A program made the position numbers and the translations under genes. This document shows, one piece after another, positions 8,732 through 18,637 of a DNA stretch of 64,000 nucleotides (position 1 is the first letter of the stretch; the number at the start of each line of letters is the position of its first letter). Below the pieces are notes generated by a model. It was not told the origin of the DNA. It searched no databases and was given only the letters and a program-made list of their open reading frames with translations. Source of the stretch: a bacterium (GTDB lineage Bacteria > Bdellovibrionota > Bdellovibrionia > Bdellovibrionales > Bdellovibrionaceae); assembly GCA_019752925.1 (NCBI GenBank), contig JAIELP010000008.1, forward strand, positions 101,223 through 165,222, in the 5' to 3' direction.

Positions 8732-10150
8732 ATGACGAAATCAGTTCTATTATTATCGATGACTCTCGCATCAACTTTATTGATCTCAGCCTGCACCCAC
8801 AGCCCGAGTACACCGATATCTGAACAACGCGTACCTGCCAGTGAAGAGTTAAGCCAAGCAGAAAAAAATGAACTATCCGATGTGGTTTTGAAAAAAAACA
8901 GTAATCGCTTAAAGCAACTTTTTGTTAAAACACGTATAGCGCAAACAATGATTGCCTCATTTGACGCACGTATTGCTAAAATTAACAAAGCCGAAGATAT
9001 GGATAAGTTATTAGAGTCCAATCTATATTGTAAAGTTTGGCAGGTGCGCACGGCTTCTGAACACACAGATGAGCAATTACTTCATGTAATGAAATCGGCT
9101 AAAGCTAACAATCGCGCTGACTGGGTGTACTCTGAAATTTCAGCTTTCGCAAAACAAGAACTTCTTAGCGAAGCCGCAATGTTAAATATGTTCCGCGGTT
9201 TTATTAATGACGAACAAGAAATTTGCGGCCGTGCAAATTGCATGGCGGAAGATGTTTCAAAATTGAGAAACATCCGAGTTAATCCTTTAAACCAAGCAGC
9301 TATGTCTAAATTTATGAAAGACAATCGTGGCAGAATTGCAGCTTACGCAAATATTACAACTAATGATTTAAAACCAGGCGCCTGTTACGAACAAAATCCT
9401 AACAGAAAACCACAAGCCGCGGGTTTTGACTGGGTTAACCGCAACTGGGTTGGCTCAGTATTACCTGTAGGTAGCTTTGTTATCACATACGATGACGGCC
9501 CTCATGTTGTTCACACTCAAGCTATTGCGGATTCTTGGGAACAAGCAGGCTTAGCTAAGCCTGCTTTCTTCTGGTTACGTAAAAACGCAAGTGCTTTACC
9601 TGACGTTGTTCAAAAATTAAATAACCAAGGTTACTCAATCGGTTCTCACTCTGAAAGACATGCGGACTTAGGAAATATAGCTAAGTCCACTTCAGTAGAA
9701 GGCTTAAATGGTACTAATAAACAAGCCTTAGCTTCAGAATTAAAAGGCTTATCTGCAAGTCAATTCAGTGCGTGGAAAGAGCAAACTCTTAACCGTGAAA
9801 TCAACCAGTCCGCAGACGATCTTTCAACTATCATCGGCAAACCATTACGTTACTTCCGCTTACCCTACGGTTCTGGTGTACGTAACGATTTAATCGGCGC
9901 ACGCTTTGAAGCTAAAAATTTAGATCACTTCTTCTGGAGAGTAGACTCTTTAGACTGGCAGGATAAAAATCCTCAATCTATTTTTGAACGCGTAACAACT
10001 CAAATGAAGGCGGTACAAAAAGGTATTATCTTATTCCACGATATTCATCCACAATCAGCTGCCGCTTCAAAATTATTAGTGGAGTACTTCCGCAATAATC
10101 CGAGCCTCAAGGCTGTACCTATGAAAGACCTTCCTGGTTTAAAGGACTAA
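8732..10150 (+). CDS. Lipoprotein polysaccharide/peptidoglycan deacetylase (CE4/NodB) with N-terminal helical domain
   Basis: Lipobox LISAC; CE4 motifs TYDDGP, HSERH, RLPYG, DSLDW and LFHD all intact. Confidence 0.9.
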   Translation: MTKSVLLLSMTLASTLLISACTHSPSTPISEQRVPASEELSQAEKNELSDVVLKKNSNRLKQLFVKTRIAQTMIASFDARIAKINKAEDMDKLLESNLYCKVWQVRTASEHTDEQLLHVMKSAKANNRADWVYSEISAFAKQELLSEAAMLNMFRGFINDEQEICGRANCMAEDVSKLRNIRVNPLNQAAMSKFMKDNRGRIAAYANITTNDLKPGACYEQNPNRKPQAAGFDWVNRNWVGSVLPVGSFVITYDDGPHVVHTQAIADSWEQAGLAKPAFFWLRKNASALPDVVQKLNNQGYSIGSHSERHADLGNIAKSTSVEGLNGTNKQALASELKGLSASQFSAWKEQTLNREINQSADDLSTIIGKPLRYFRLPYGSGVRNDLIGARFEAKNLDHFFWRVDSLDWQDKNPQSIFERVTTQMKAVQKGIILFHDIHPQSAAASKLLVEYFRNNPSLKAVPMKDLPGLKD

Positions 10151-10153
10151 TTC

Positions 10154-10639
10154 TTGAAATCAATTTTCTTTATAATACTTTTGAGCGGCCTAACACAGGC
10201 CGCTTCTGCTAAGGTACCCTATTCTTCAATTGAAAAATTAAGACAGTACACTGTTGTTGTTCGTGTGAGCCTAGACAATCCAGATTCTACACTAAACAAA
10301 AGATGTGGCATTCGCGCAGAAGATTTAACTCAGCTAGGTGCTGAGCTTTCTGTCTTAACAGATAACAATAAAGCTGAATGGGCTAAAAACAAGTTAGAGG
10401 CCTCTGACCTATCTTTATTAAAAGGAAAAGTTGCCAACTGTATTGGACGCGGTAGCTGCAGTGTTTATAGTGATTTTTTAAGTAAAACTCAAATTGCTGA
10501 TGACAATACAAACAAACAAGTATCGGAAATTCAGACACAGCTTGAGGCAAAATTGTCCGATTTAAAATCGGATACTTATGTAAAAGCCATGTCTAGCGTA
10601 AAAAATCCCTGTTCACATCTAACAGAACTCCTTAAATAA
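10154..10639 (+). CDS. Hypothetical secreted four-Cys helical protein
   Basis: TTG start 3 nt after the deacetylase stop; signal peptide; 4 Cys. Confidence 0.7.
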   Translation: MKSIFFIILLSGLTQAASAKVPYSSIEKLRQYTVVVRVSLDNPDSTLNKRCGIRAEDLTQLGAELSVLTDNNKAEWAKNKLEASDLSLLKGKVANCIGRGSCSVYSDFLSKTQIADDNTNKQVSEIQTQLEAKLSDLKSDTYVKAMSSVKNPCSHLTELLK

Positions 10640-10669
10640 ATTTTGTACGCTTCGCACTGTAATTGAAGC

Positions 10670-11911
10670 TTATTTTGTGATAGCTTTAAATCCATCCAAA
10701 GCCGCTACATAGTCTTGTTCAATTATATTGTAAAATTCAGGAATATATTTTTGAATTTCAGTATGGCGGTATTTATCTTTTTTTTTCGTCCAGACTGCAA
10801 ACTTTTTCCAAATCACAGGATTGCATTCTTTTGACATCATGTAACCTGTAATGCCCGCCAACTTTTCACGATATCGTGAGCTGTTTAACTTATCTTCAAT
10901 TATTTTTTTACTAGCTTCCGGTATATTCACTACCGCATAGTACCTGGGCTCATGCACCGTTGTCATATGAAGTGCTGACTCTTGGAAAAAGCTTTTTAGT
11001 TTTTCTAAAATTTCCGGTAAATAAAAAATATTTAAAATGCTCACTGTAATATTAACGCCAAACGAAACTTCACAATTAATTTCCTGAGGCAGCTCACGGG
11101 TGTAGAATTCAAGATTTTTCTCAACCTTGCTCCACTCTCCTGGCCAACGTATATAATGATAATTTTCGTTAATGCCATCTAATGAAAAATTAAAGTGCAC
11201 TTTTTTAAACTGACTGAATAATACTTTCAACTCAGTAGAAGGCAGCGTTGAAGCATTCGTACAGTAAAACAATGAAATCTTTGAAGACCGTCCGGAAGTA
11301 ATCAAATCCTTCAACAGAATATGATGAGTGGTATTAAGCAAAGGCTCGCCACCGTAAAATTCAATATTTTCGGCATTAGCACAGGTTTTGGCTATTTCAT
11401 ACATTTCTTCAGCACTGAACTCACGTCGAGCATCTTTTTGCACATAGCGGCTGTTAACATCACCGTAATTTTTTGCGTAAAAGTCGCCTTCGGCTTTAAA
11501 CAAACTTGAATCCAATGAATGACAGGTACGGCACGCGTAATTACAAATGTTGCTCAAGCGCAGAACCAAAGCTTTTGCTCCCGCCCTATATGAACCCGAG
11601 TTTATTTCCTCTTCTGTGGTTTTCAGTAAATGACTTTGCTCTAATTGCCGATAACTTAAAAATCCTGATTCCTCTTCAGTGTAGCAACGCTGACATAGTG
11701 CAGGTTTTTCGCCATTTAAATGCTGGCGCTGTAACTCGACTGTAGACTTTGCTGCCCAACGGTCTTTTATGTTTACATTGCTGAAATCAAAACAGCCCGA
11801 ATTGTACGGACAAGGCCCCGAACGCCCCTGATAATCCTGAACAAGCGAAGTAAACGGCGCTGGGCAAAAATAAGGATTCTTTTTAAAAATTTTATTAACA
11901 AAATCACCCAT
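10670..11911 (-). CDS. Radical SAM protein with N-terminal twitch/SPASM-like domain
   Basis: CNYACRTC (CxxxCxxC), YGGEPL; N-terminal CPAPF...GPC...CQRC cysteines. Confidence 0.85.
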   Translation of the reverse strand: MGDFVNKIFKKNPYFCPAPFTSLVQDYQGRSGPCPYNSGCFDFSNVNIKDRWAAKSTVELQRQHLNGEKPALCQRCYTEEESGFLSYRQLEQSHLLKTTEEEINSGSYRAGAKALVLRLSNICNYACRTCHSLDSSLFKAEGDFYAKNYGDVNSRYVQKDARREFSAEEMYEIAKTCANAENIEFYGGEPLLNTTHHILLKDLITSGRSSKISLFYCTNASTLPSTELKVLFSQFKKVHFNFSLDGINENYHYIRWPGEWSKVEKNLEFYTRELPQEINCEVSFGVNITVSILNIFYLPEILEKLKSFFQESALHMTTVHEPRYYAVVNIPEASKKIIEDKLNSSRYREKLAGITGYMMSKECNPVIWKKFAVWTKKKDKYRHTEIQKYIPEFYNIIEQDYVAALDGFKAITK

Positions 11912-12159
11912 ACCCTATTAAACAATGCGAGCCTATACCGAGTCTAGAGCCAATTTACGCTTTTATTAAAACTTTTACACCGTCTATAACCGAACTACTT
12001 GCAAGATGCTTATTGAAGTCAAAAATCAAAGCCAAGCCCAATGATTTTTTAGTTTCAAAAAACCTTCGCAGTGCACGATTAAATTTTGGAGTAAAATTTA
12101 AGCTAGTCTCTCAGTAAAATCATTTTAAACCTTAGAAGTTAAATTTTTAAGGCTATTTT

Positions 12160-12777
12160 TCATGTTAATACCGCAACTCCTTCATACATATATCCCATTA
12201 ACTTAGGAGACTTTTCATTATAATAATTATTTATATATTTAATTTTGAAACCCGCATTTGTAAGCTGCTGGGTGGTATTCACCGTGAGAGAACAGCCACA
12301 TGCCACTATGTTTTGAATTGGATTTAAACGTTTTTGCCAACTTGCAATGTGAGTCTCGTTACTAAGACCATGTTCTAAAAAAATCAACTGCCCTGATTTT
12401 TTCATCACTCTTTTAACCTCAGAAAGTGCTCTAGGTAGGTTCGATATACTGCAAAAAGTTAGTGTGCTTATCACTGTATCAAAAGTTTCGTCTTCATACG
12501 GAAGATTTTCAGCATCAGACAAACTGAAATTAATTTTTATACGGTGATTAGAATGCTTTACCTTAAGTTGCGCTGCCATACCTGGATTAAAATCAACCGC
12601 GGCTATCTCACTTATATGCGAAGGGTAAAATTTTAGATTTAAGCCTGTTCCGATGCCAATCTCTAAGCATTTGCCTTGAGCTTCATTTAAAAGCTTATAT
12701 CTTTGCGCATCGAAGGAGTTTCGAAGCATCAATAAATCAAAAATTTTTGGAAAAATAAATTCAGAGTAAATTTTCAA
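12160..12777 (-). CDS. Class I SAM-dependent methyltransferase
   Basis: LEIGIGTG motif I, DAENLPY, FDTVIS, LEHG; TTG start. Confidence 0.9.
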   Translation of the reverse strand: MKIYSEFIFPKIFDLLMLRNSFDAQRYKLLNEAQGKCLEIGIGTGLNLKFYPSHISEIAAVDFNPGMAAQLKVKHSNHRIKINFSLSDAENLPYEDETFDTVISTLTFCSISNLPRALSEVKRVMKKSGQLIFLEHGLSNETHIASWQKRLNPIQNIVACGCSLTVNTTQQLTNAGFKIKYINNYYNEKSPKLMGYMYEGVAVLT

Positions 12778-12871
12778 TGTACTTCGCTTTTTTACTGGCG
12801 TTATTGCATTCTTAGCTTTAGCTAGTTCTAAACGTTACCAAATTCGTTCGAAAATTCTCGCAAGCGAAGTT

Positions 12872-12945
12872 TGGAGGTGACGGAGGGACTTGAACCCCCG
12901 TACAAGCTTTTGCAGAGCCTTGCCTAACCCCTCGGCCACGTCACC
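12872..12945 (-). tRNA. tRNA-Cys(GCA)
   Basis: Reverse complement folds as a cloverleaf: acceptor GGTGACG/CGTCACC, anticodon loop CTGCAAA, T-loop TTCAAGT, U73 discriminator, encoded CCA. Not in the ORF track. Confidence 0.97.
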
Positions 12946-12987
12946 CTAAAGAGGCAGCAACCAAAATAAGAGACAAGCTGTTTTAAG

Positions 12988-14361
12988 TCAACTCATGCCC
13001 TTTTCAAGCTGCTCAAAAGGTCTAATAACCCACTGTTCTGCCCTATTATAGTGTTTTATAGGCTCTAAAAGCTTACCTGGCGCGCTTGATACTTGGGCAA
13101 AATCCTCTAAAGCGTAGATCCTAGCCACCTTCTGCAAGTAATTTTTCCGGCGGGTGGTTAAGCTCTGATAGTAACTTTCAAATATTTGAGGCTGCTCTAA
13201 AAGTGGAATCACTTCCGGATTTTGTTTTAAAAACGTCCTGTAATTCTGAACTCGTTTAAAAACATCCTCACCTTTTATTTTACGTTTTTGTCGGTAGGTT
13301 GAATAAAGTAATAAGCCAAATCTATCCAAAACCGGACCGGAAAATTTCTCTAAATAACGAGTGCACTTCAAGCGACTGAATCTGCAGCCTACATTTGGTT
13401 TGGACGGAGTCCATTTACCACAAGGACATAAATTAGTAGTTGCGATCACCTGAAAATCCGGCGTAATTTCCCGATAAGAACCTCCACGGGAAATCCTCAA
13501 TTTTTCGCCGGTCATCGGGCCACGCAAAGCTTCGATAATTTCAGGATCAAATTGCAAAAACTCATCCAAAAGTAAAATACCACCCTGCACTCTTTCAATT
13601 TCACCTTCATACAAATTCTGACTACCACCTAAAAATGCAGCCTTAGTAATGCTATCATGAGGCGCAACCACCGGGCGCCAGAAATCAGTAATGCGGATAT
13701 TTTCGCGATCCTGCGGCTCTGCTAAAAAAGAATTTAATGAATGAGCTAGAGTGGACTTACCGGCTCCTGAGTCTCCGGCCAAGAGCGCATGTAAGCCACT
13801 TGTTGCTGCTAAAAATAAAAACTCAGCTTCTTCTTCGGTGTAGAATCTTTCTATACCCGCAGTAGGTCTGACTATTTTTTTTGGATTACTTGTAAAATTA
13901 ATTTCGATATTTTTTAAACTCTCAATGCGGTAACAGTTGGAATCTGTTCCCCGTCCCGTTAAAACTGGCTGATCTTTAAGGTAGGACATACTTAAGCTTA
14001 AATCTGAAGGCTCATAAACATTTCCATCTAAACCCAACTCGCCGTAAATAATCCAATCTGAATTAACTATCGCGCCTTCGAGTTGATCTGTTTTAAGCAA
14101 AATACCTAAAGCTACAGCCAGCTCTACTCCCCGCGAACTTTTGCGCAAATGATTGGGTTTTATATTAACGATCATCTGACTGGTTAACGGAAATTTAAAA
14201 CCTGAACTTTTAAGCGCCGATTTTATGCGGTAAAAACTTTCTTTAATAATCCTGTCCGGTAAACCTAAAAAATGAATTTGTGGAATTCCCGGAATAAACT
14301 CGATTTCGACTTCGGCCACTTCAAGTCTGTTAGCATTTTGAATTAAAGATTTAAGCTTCAT
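12988..14361 (-). CDS. comM: YifB/ComM Mg-chelatase-like AAA+ ATPase
   Basis: N-terminal Lon-like domain (GLPDRIIKES, INIKPNHLRK-like), Walker A GDSGAGKS, LLDEF, NLCPCG, SGPVLDRF. Confidence 0.85.
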   Translation of the reverse strand: MKLKSLIQNANRLEVAEVEIEFIPGIPQIHFLGLPDRIIKESFYRIKSALKSSGFKFPLTSQMIVNIKPNHLRKSSRGVELAVALGILLKTDQLEGAIVNSDWIIYGELGLDGNVYEPSDLSLSMSYLKDQPVLTGRGTDSNCYRIESLKNIEINFTSNPKKIVRPTAGIERFYTEEEAEFLFLAATSGLHALLAGDSGAGKSTLAHSLNSFLAEPQDRENIRITDFWRPVVAPHDSITKAAFLGGSQNLYEGEIERVQGGILLLDEFLQFDPEIIEALRGPMTGEKLRISRGGSYREITPDFQVIATTNLCPCGKWTPSKPNVGCRFSRLKCTRYLEKFSGPVLDRFGLLLYSTYRQKRKIKGEDVFKRVQNYRTFLKQNPEVIPLLEQPQIFESYYQSLTTRRKNYLQKVARIYALEDFAQVSSAPGKLLEPIKHYNRAEQWVIRPFEQLEKGMS

Positions 14362-14432
14362 ATACCAAGCTTTTTGCAAAGCTCAGACTTGGTTAAGATG
14401 TAATATATTACTTAATAAGAACGTCTGCCGGA

Positions 14433-15320
14433 TTAAACCGACTGATCTTTGATTTTTGATAACGGATGATGTTCTTCCACTGCTTTAACTGCAGTGTTTG
14501 TAGTAACAGCCGTATAAACCTGAGTGGTTTGAATGCTGGCATGGCCTAACATCACCTGAATAGAACGTAAATCAGCTCCGCCCTCTAATAAGGCTGTAGC
14601 ACAACCGTGGCGGAATCTATGTGGATGCACAGGTTCATCAAATCCGGCCTTAGCCGACCAAGCTGCTAACCATCTCCAAACGTCTACACGTGAAGGCCTG
14701 TGACCTCTATCATTTAAAAGTAAAGCTGAGTTAGAGCCGTTTAAATTAGGACGAGCTTCTTTTAAGTAGGACTCTAAAGCAAAGTAAAGAGCATCTGTTA
14801 AAGGAACCAGTCTTTCTTTATTACCTTTACCCAAAACCTTCACCCAACGTTCTGTCTGTGAGAAATCATTCAAGTTAAGACCTATCAGCTCACTAACTCG
14901 ACAGCCTAAGCCATATAAAAACAATAAGGTTAATTGATTACGGGCCGTTTTAGCTTTATCAGCCCCACTGCAAGCTAAGAACAATCTTTCGAACTCATCT
15001 ACACTAATAGCTTTGGGAAGCGAGGTTTTAACTTTAGGTGGCTTTAAATCGCGAAGTTCCGGACACTTCTCACCGCGTGTTTCACAGTATTTTAAGTATG
15101 TGCGAACACTGCTGATGACTCGCGCCTGCGAGCGCGTTGATAGACCTTCTTTTTTCATAAAATCAAAGAACTCAATCATACGGCTGTTTTTTTCGCTGAA
15201 TTTTTTGTAGAGCTCTAAATCACGTCGGTAAGCCATAACGGTATTAAGAGAACGGCCGCGGACATTTTGCAAATCATCAAAGAAGTCGATCCAAAGTGTG
15301 TTATTCATAGTTGATATCAT
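14433..15320 (-). CDS. xerD: Site-specific tyrosine recombinase XerD-like
   Basis: GCRVSEL, GKGNKER, HRFRHGCATALL, LGHASIQTTQVY (R-K-H-R-H-Y). Start 15320 or 15308. Confidence 0.85.
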   Translation of the reverse strand: MISTMNNTLWIDFFDDLQNVRGRSLNTVMAYRRDLELYKKFSEKNSRMIEFFDFMKKEGLSTRSQARVISSVRTYLKYCETRGEKCPELRDLKPPKVKTSLPKAISVDEFERLFLACSGADKAKTARNQLTLLFLYGLGCRVSELIGLNLNDFSQTERWVKVLGKGNKERLVPLTDALYFALESYLKEARPNLNGSNSALLLNDRGHRPSRVDVWRWLAAWSAKAGFDEPVHPHRFRHGCATALLEGGADLRSIQVMLGHASIQTTQVYTAVTTNTAVKAVEEHHPLSKIKDQSV

Positions 15321-15360
15321 TATGATGTCGTTAAAAGAAAGATATAACAAGCTTTAAATA

Positions 15361-15393
15361 AAAAACCCCGAATGATTGGCTCTTCATTCGGGG
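15361..15393 (-). terminator. Rho-independent terminator after the two-lipoprotein operon
   Basis: CCCCGAATGA/TCATTCGGGG stem followed by a T-run on the minus strand. Confidence 0.85.
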
Positions 15394-15423
15394 CTGGAGA
15401 AAATCACGAAATTTTATAGAATC

Positions 15424-16044
15424 TTAGTTCAAGTAAAGATTCGCACCTTGGCAGTAGTAACCGTTAACTTGTTCGATTAACATCTGTCCAGAAACACGGC
15501 CACTTGTTGAATATTGGTAACCGTTTTCATAAGCCTGAGCATCGTTGATTACTGCAGTCATTGTTACCGGACCAGAAACAATCATTCTTAATCCAGAGAT
15601 TTTACCATTAGCCCATTGACCAACAGTTTGAGTTGCAATGTTGTACTGACCAGCAGGAACTTGCGGGCAGAAACCTAAGTTTAATGCTGCTGTTACATTT
15701 ACTTGTCCGGCAGCGCTTACTTTACCTACGTAGTTCATAGCAGGTGAAGCATATTGATTGTAGTTTTGGCCTTGAGCTTGTCCGTTGATATTTTGGCCTG
15801 AAAAACTCCAGTTAACCGTAAAGGCATTTGTATAACCATAACCGTAGTAGCTCATAATATAAGCCTGAGTCTGTGCCGAGAAGAACGAGACACCCGTAAT
15901 TCCGTCGCAGTTAACACAGTTTGCTGTGAAAGCATTTATGTTTTGGTTGTTATCTTTATTTTTGTTACCGCAAGCAACTAAAGTTGATAGTAGTGCAGCC
16001 GCAAAAATTCCTTTTACTATTTTGGTTAAGTTGTTGTTTTTCAT
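15424..16044 (-). CDS. Hypothetical beta-rich lipoprotein
   Basis: Lipobox LVAC, Asn/Gly/Tyr-rich, CxxC and additional Cys. Confidence 0.8.
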   Translation of the reverse strand: MKNNNLTKIVKGIFAAALLSTLVACGNKNKDNNQNINAFTANCVNCDGITGVSFFSAQTQAYIMSYYGYGYTNAFTVNWSFSGQNINGQAQGQNYNQYASPAMNYVGKVSAAGQVNVTAALNLGFCPQVPAGQYNIATQTVGQWANGKISGLRMIVSGPVTMTAVINDAQAYENGYQYSTSGRVSGQMLIEQVNGYYCQGANLYLN

Positions 16045-16078
16045 AAAATTTCTCCGTTTTAAGTTCGTTATAATAATC

Positions 16079-16879
16079 TTAATCTATGTTAAATGCTTGT
16101 TTAATGTTCACATTTGTAAAACTTCCAAGCTTTGTATATCCAGCATCAGAACCTGGAGTCAATCCGCACTTAGTTTGTATTACATTTGAACGACAGTCAT
16201 GACCGTTTAAACCTGTATAAATGAACCAACAAGAACGGTATGGCGTCGATTTCGCAGTCTTGAAGTTTCTAAAGTAAACATCGCCTTTATAAGTGACATT
16301 TAACGGCTCAGCATCATTACCACCGCCCGAAGTTATTTCAGGTGTAAGCGTAATAGTAATAGCGCCAAAGTCGTCTTCAAAGAAACCTGTAAATACTAAC
16401 TGATTTTCAAAAGTGAACCAGTAGTTATAGTCAGCTTCTAAGCGATCGTTGTCGTACATACCTTTAAAGCTTTGGTTACGACCCATACCTGCACGGAACA
16501 CACCTGTATGTTGTACGCCGTTATCCGTATATGAAATGGTTACCGCACCACCGTAACGACCAGCTTCTGATTGAGCGAAGTTTAAGTTGATCTGAATATT
16601 CGTCGGGTTATTTACCGCTGTAAAGTTACCCGGAATAGTCGTATAGGCACGCATCGCAGTTAAATTTGTAGATAGGGTTCCAGTATATCCCCCACCAAAA
16701 TCAGATGGGTTACCTGCACCGCCAGGAGCTATCGGATCTACAATTACCGGAGCCGGAACTGTTCCGCCTAACCCAGTATTAGTATTGTTGTTGCCTGCTG
16801 CATTTGAGTTTGATTTTGAGCAACCAACACCCATCAATCCTAGAGCCATCAAAGATATGATAAATAATGTTGTTTTCAT
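16079..16879 (-). CDS. Hypothetical beta-rich lipoprotein
   Basis: Lipobox GVGC, Gly/Asn/Pro linker, C-terminal Cys triplet. Confidence 0.8.
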   Translation of the reverse strand: MKTTLFIISLMALGLMGVGCSKSNSNAAGNNNTNTGLGGTVPAPVIVDPIAPGGAGNPSDFGGGYTGTLSTNLTAMRAYTTIPGNFTAVNNPTNIQINLNFAQSEAGRYGGAVTISYTDNGVQHTGVFRAGMGRNQSFKGMYDNDRLEADYNYWFTFENQLVFTGFFEDDFGAITITLTPEITSGGGNDAEPLNVTYKGDVYFRNFKTAKSTPYRSCWFIYTGLNGHDCRSNVIQTKCGLTPGSDAGYTKLGSFTNVNIKQAFNID

Positions 16880-16904
16880 AAAACCTTCCTTTTCCCTATT
16901 AATA

Positions 16905-16920
16905 TGCTAATGGCGTGCCT
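16905..16920 (-). promoter_or_regulatory. Sigma54-like -24/-12 promoter for the lipoprotein pair
   Basis: Minus strand AGGCACGCCATTAGCA = GG-N10-GC, ~26 nt upstream of ATG 16879. Confidence 0.55.
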
Positions 16921-17039
16921 AAAGAACCTCACAGTCTAAGTAATGGGAATAACTTATGATTTATGGATAGTGTTTTACACTGAGACGTACAACAAATGTT
17001 AATAGCGGCGCGAAGATACAAAAAGCGCTAACAGTGCTC

Positions 17040-18086
17040 TCAGTTTGAGACTGTATTTTGAAGAGCTTCTGAAGGGAAATTCAGTGACAATAGCAATGAA
17101 TTTCGCTCTATTTTAGCCTTTGGATAGTAGTGTTCCAGCACTCGAATATAGCTTCTGCCTTGCTTAACCTGCGCTAGAGTACCCCATTGACAAAGCCCCG
17201 CTCCGTGACCAAACCCCTGACCGGTAATTTTAACTTTATCCTCCGAAATTTCAAAACTATCAAAGGCACTGCGTATCTTAAAAAAACCGAAAACTTCTCT
17301 AAGCTTCTGGACTGAAAATATTTGATTTGCAACAGGAATTATTTGAGCTTTAGAACTGAAAAAACTTGTTTGAGTTTGCATCGGGTCTTGCATTTCAAGT
17401 CTATTGAAAAATTCATTTTTTGCTATTTCAAAATTCCACTGATTTGATTTTTTTTGTTCGCACCATGGGTCTTTTGCCGTACCCGAGTCTATTGCTTTAT
17501 CGCCCCAAACTTCAGATGCATTAACAGTTTCACCACCGCAGTCAGAATGATAAAAAGCTTTTAAGATCTGACCTGAAGGCATTTTTAAAACTGTGTTTTC
17601 AGTTGCATAGACAGCCTGTCTTGTTTTTTGCGAGTCCGTTATCAAAAACACCTGATCTTGCTGATCGGATTCTAAATGAAAATTTTTGTTGTTTCTTTCT
17701 TTAATACGCGCCAAAGCGTAAGAGCGCGCAACCACAGCTTGAGCCTTCAGAGCTTCAAGAGGCCAACCTATCGGCATTTCTTTAGCCACAACTCCAGCTA
17801 GATATTCATTAAAATCGAGAACTGCAATTACATCGTACGCACCGCTGTCTTTTTTAATAATAAAATTATTCTGCGGTAATTTTTTGCCAGAAAAAATTAA
17901 ATTGTTGCCGTTCGCAGTCCACATTTTTTCGTTTATTTTTTTAATTTGTGAATTTGAAATTTGCGGAAACTGCGAAAGCTCTTTAAACATTCGAATGCGC
18001 ACAAGAGCTGGGTTTGATTGAGCAAAAGAATCTTCGGTTGATAAAATTACAATGAGGATAAATATAAAATACAACATGATGCGCAT
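17040..18086 (-). CDS. SpoIID/LytB-family lytic transglycosylase
   Basis: EYLAGVVAKEMP, EALKAQAVVARSY, DQVF, GHGAGLCQWG. Confidence 0.9.
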   Translation of the reverse strand: MRIMLYFIFILIVILSTEDSFAQSNPALVRIRMFKELSQFPQISNSQIKKINEKMWTANGNNLIFSGKKLPQNNFIIKKDSGAYDVIAVLDFNEYLAGVVAKEMPIGWPLEALKAQAVVARSYALARIKERNNKNFHLESDQQDQVFLITDSQKTRQAVYATENTVLKMPSGQILKAFYHSDCGGETVNASEVWGDKAIDSGTAKDPWCEQKKSNQWNFEIAKNEFFNRLEMQDPMQTQTSFFSSKAQIIPVANQIFSVQKLREVFGFFKIRSAFDSFEISEDKVKITGQGFGHGAGLCQWGTLAQVKQGRSYIRVLEHYYPKAKIERNSLLLSLNFPSEALQNTVSN

Positions 18087-18172
18087 GAATTCATTTTGGT
18101 GTGATTCATATACCTTGGGCTAGGCAAATGTTGCCGAATGCACGTTAATCAATTCTAAAGTCGAGTGTTTGT

Positions 18173-18574
18173 TTAATTATACTGCTTGAAATGCGCAATT
18201 ACTTTTTGCAAATCATTCCACGCATTTTTTTTATAATCAGGATTTTTCAACAGATACTTTGGAGAGTAGGTTTGAACTAAATTATCTTCTGTTGAGTTGA
18301 TTAGATTTTGATTATCAGTGAAGTAAACGAAAAACTCTGCCTGATACTGATTAACTTCCGATAGATCAGTCACTTGAATATTTTTTTGTTCAATTTTTAA
18401 AGCCGAAATTATTTTAATCAGAAGATCTTTTTCGCTGTCGTCGTAGGCTAAATATCCCTCAACCGCTATTAATAGCGGAGTTTTTTTTGTGTCCGAAGCC
18501 TGTAAGTCGTTAAGAATGGATTTAACACCCAGAACCTGACTGACATAATCAAAGTAATCATTTTTTTCCGACAT
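18173..18574 (-). CDS. Hypothetical protein resembling HolD (Pol III psi) or a degenerate family-4 UDG fold
   Basis: LLIKIISALKI and C-terminal YSPKYLLKNPDYKKNAWNDL pattern. Confidence 0.45.
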   Translation of the reverse strand: MSEKNDYFDYVSQVLGVKSILNDLQASDTKKTPLLIAVEGYLAYDDSEKDLLIKIISALKIEQKNIQVTDLSEVNQYQAEFFVYFTDNQNLINSTEDNLVQTYSPKYLLKNPDYKKNAWNDLQKVIAHFKQYN

Positions 18575-18637
18575 GCTCCTGTTTAAACATAGATAAAGGC
18601 CCTTGTCCATAATAAGAGAATAGAATAATCTTAATTT

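Noticed and set aside
11915-12120. Open frame on the plus strand (...TPSITELLARCLLKSKIKAK...) between the radical SAM and methyltransferase genes
   Set aside because: No suitable start codon or SD and no recognisable motif.
12872-15350. Integrative element formed by tRNA-Cys and the tyrosine recombinase
   Set aside because: The recombinase looks like chromosomal XerD, is separated from the tRNA by comM, and I saw no duplicated tRNA 3' end (att site) or mobility genes.
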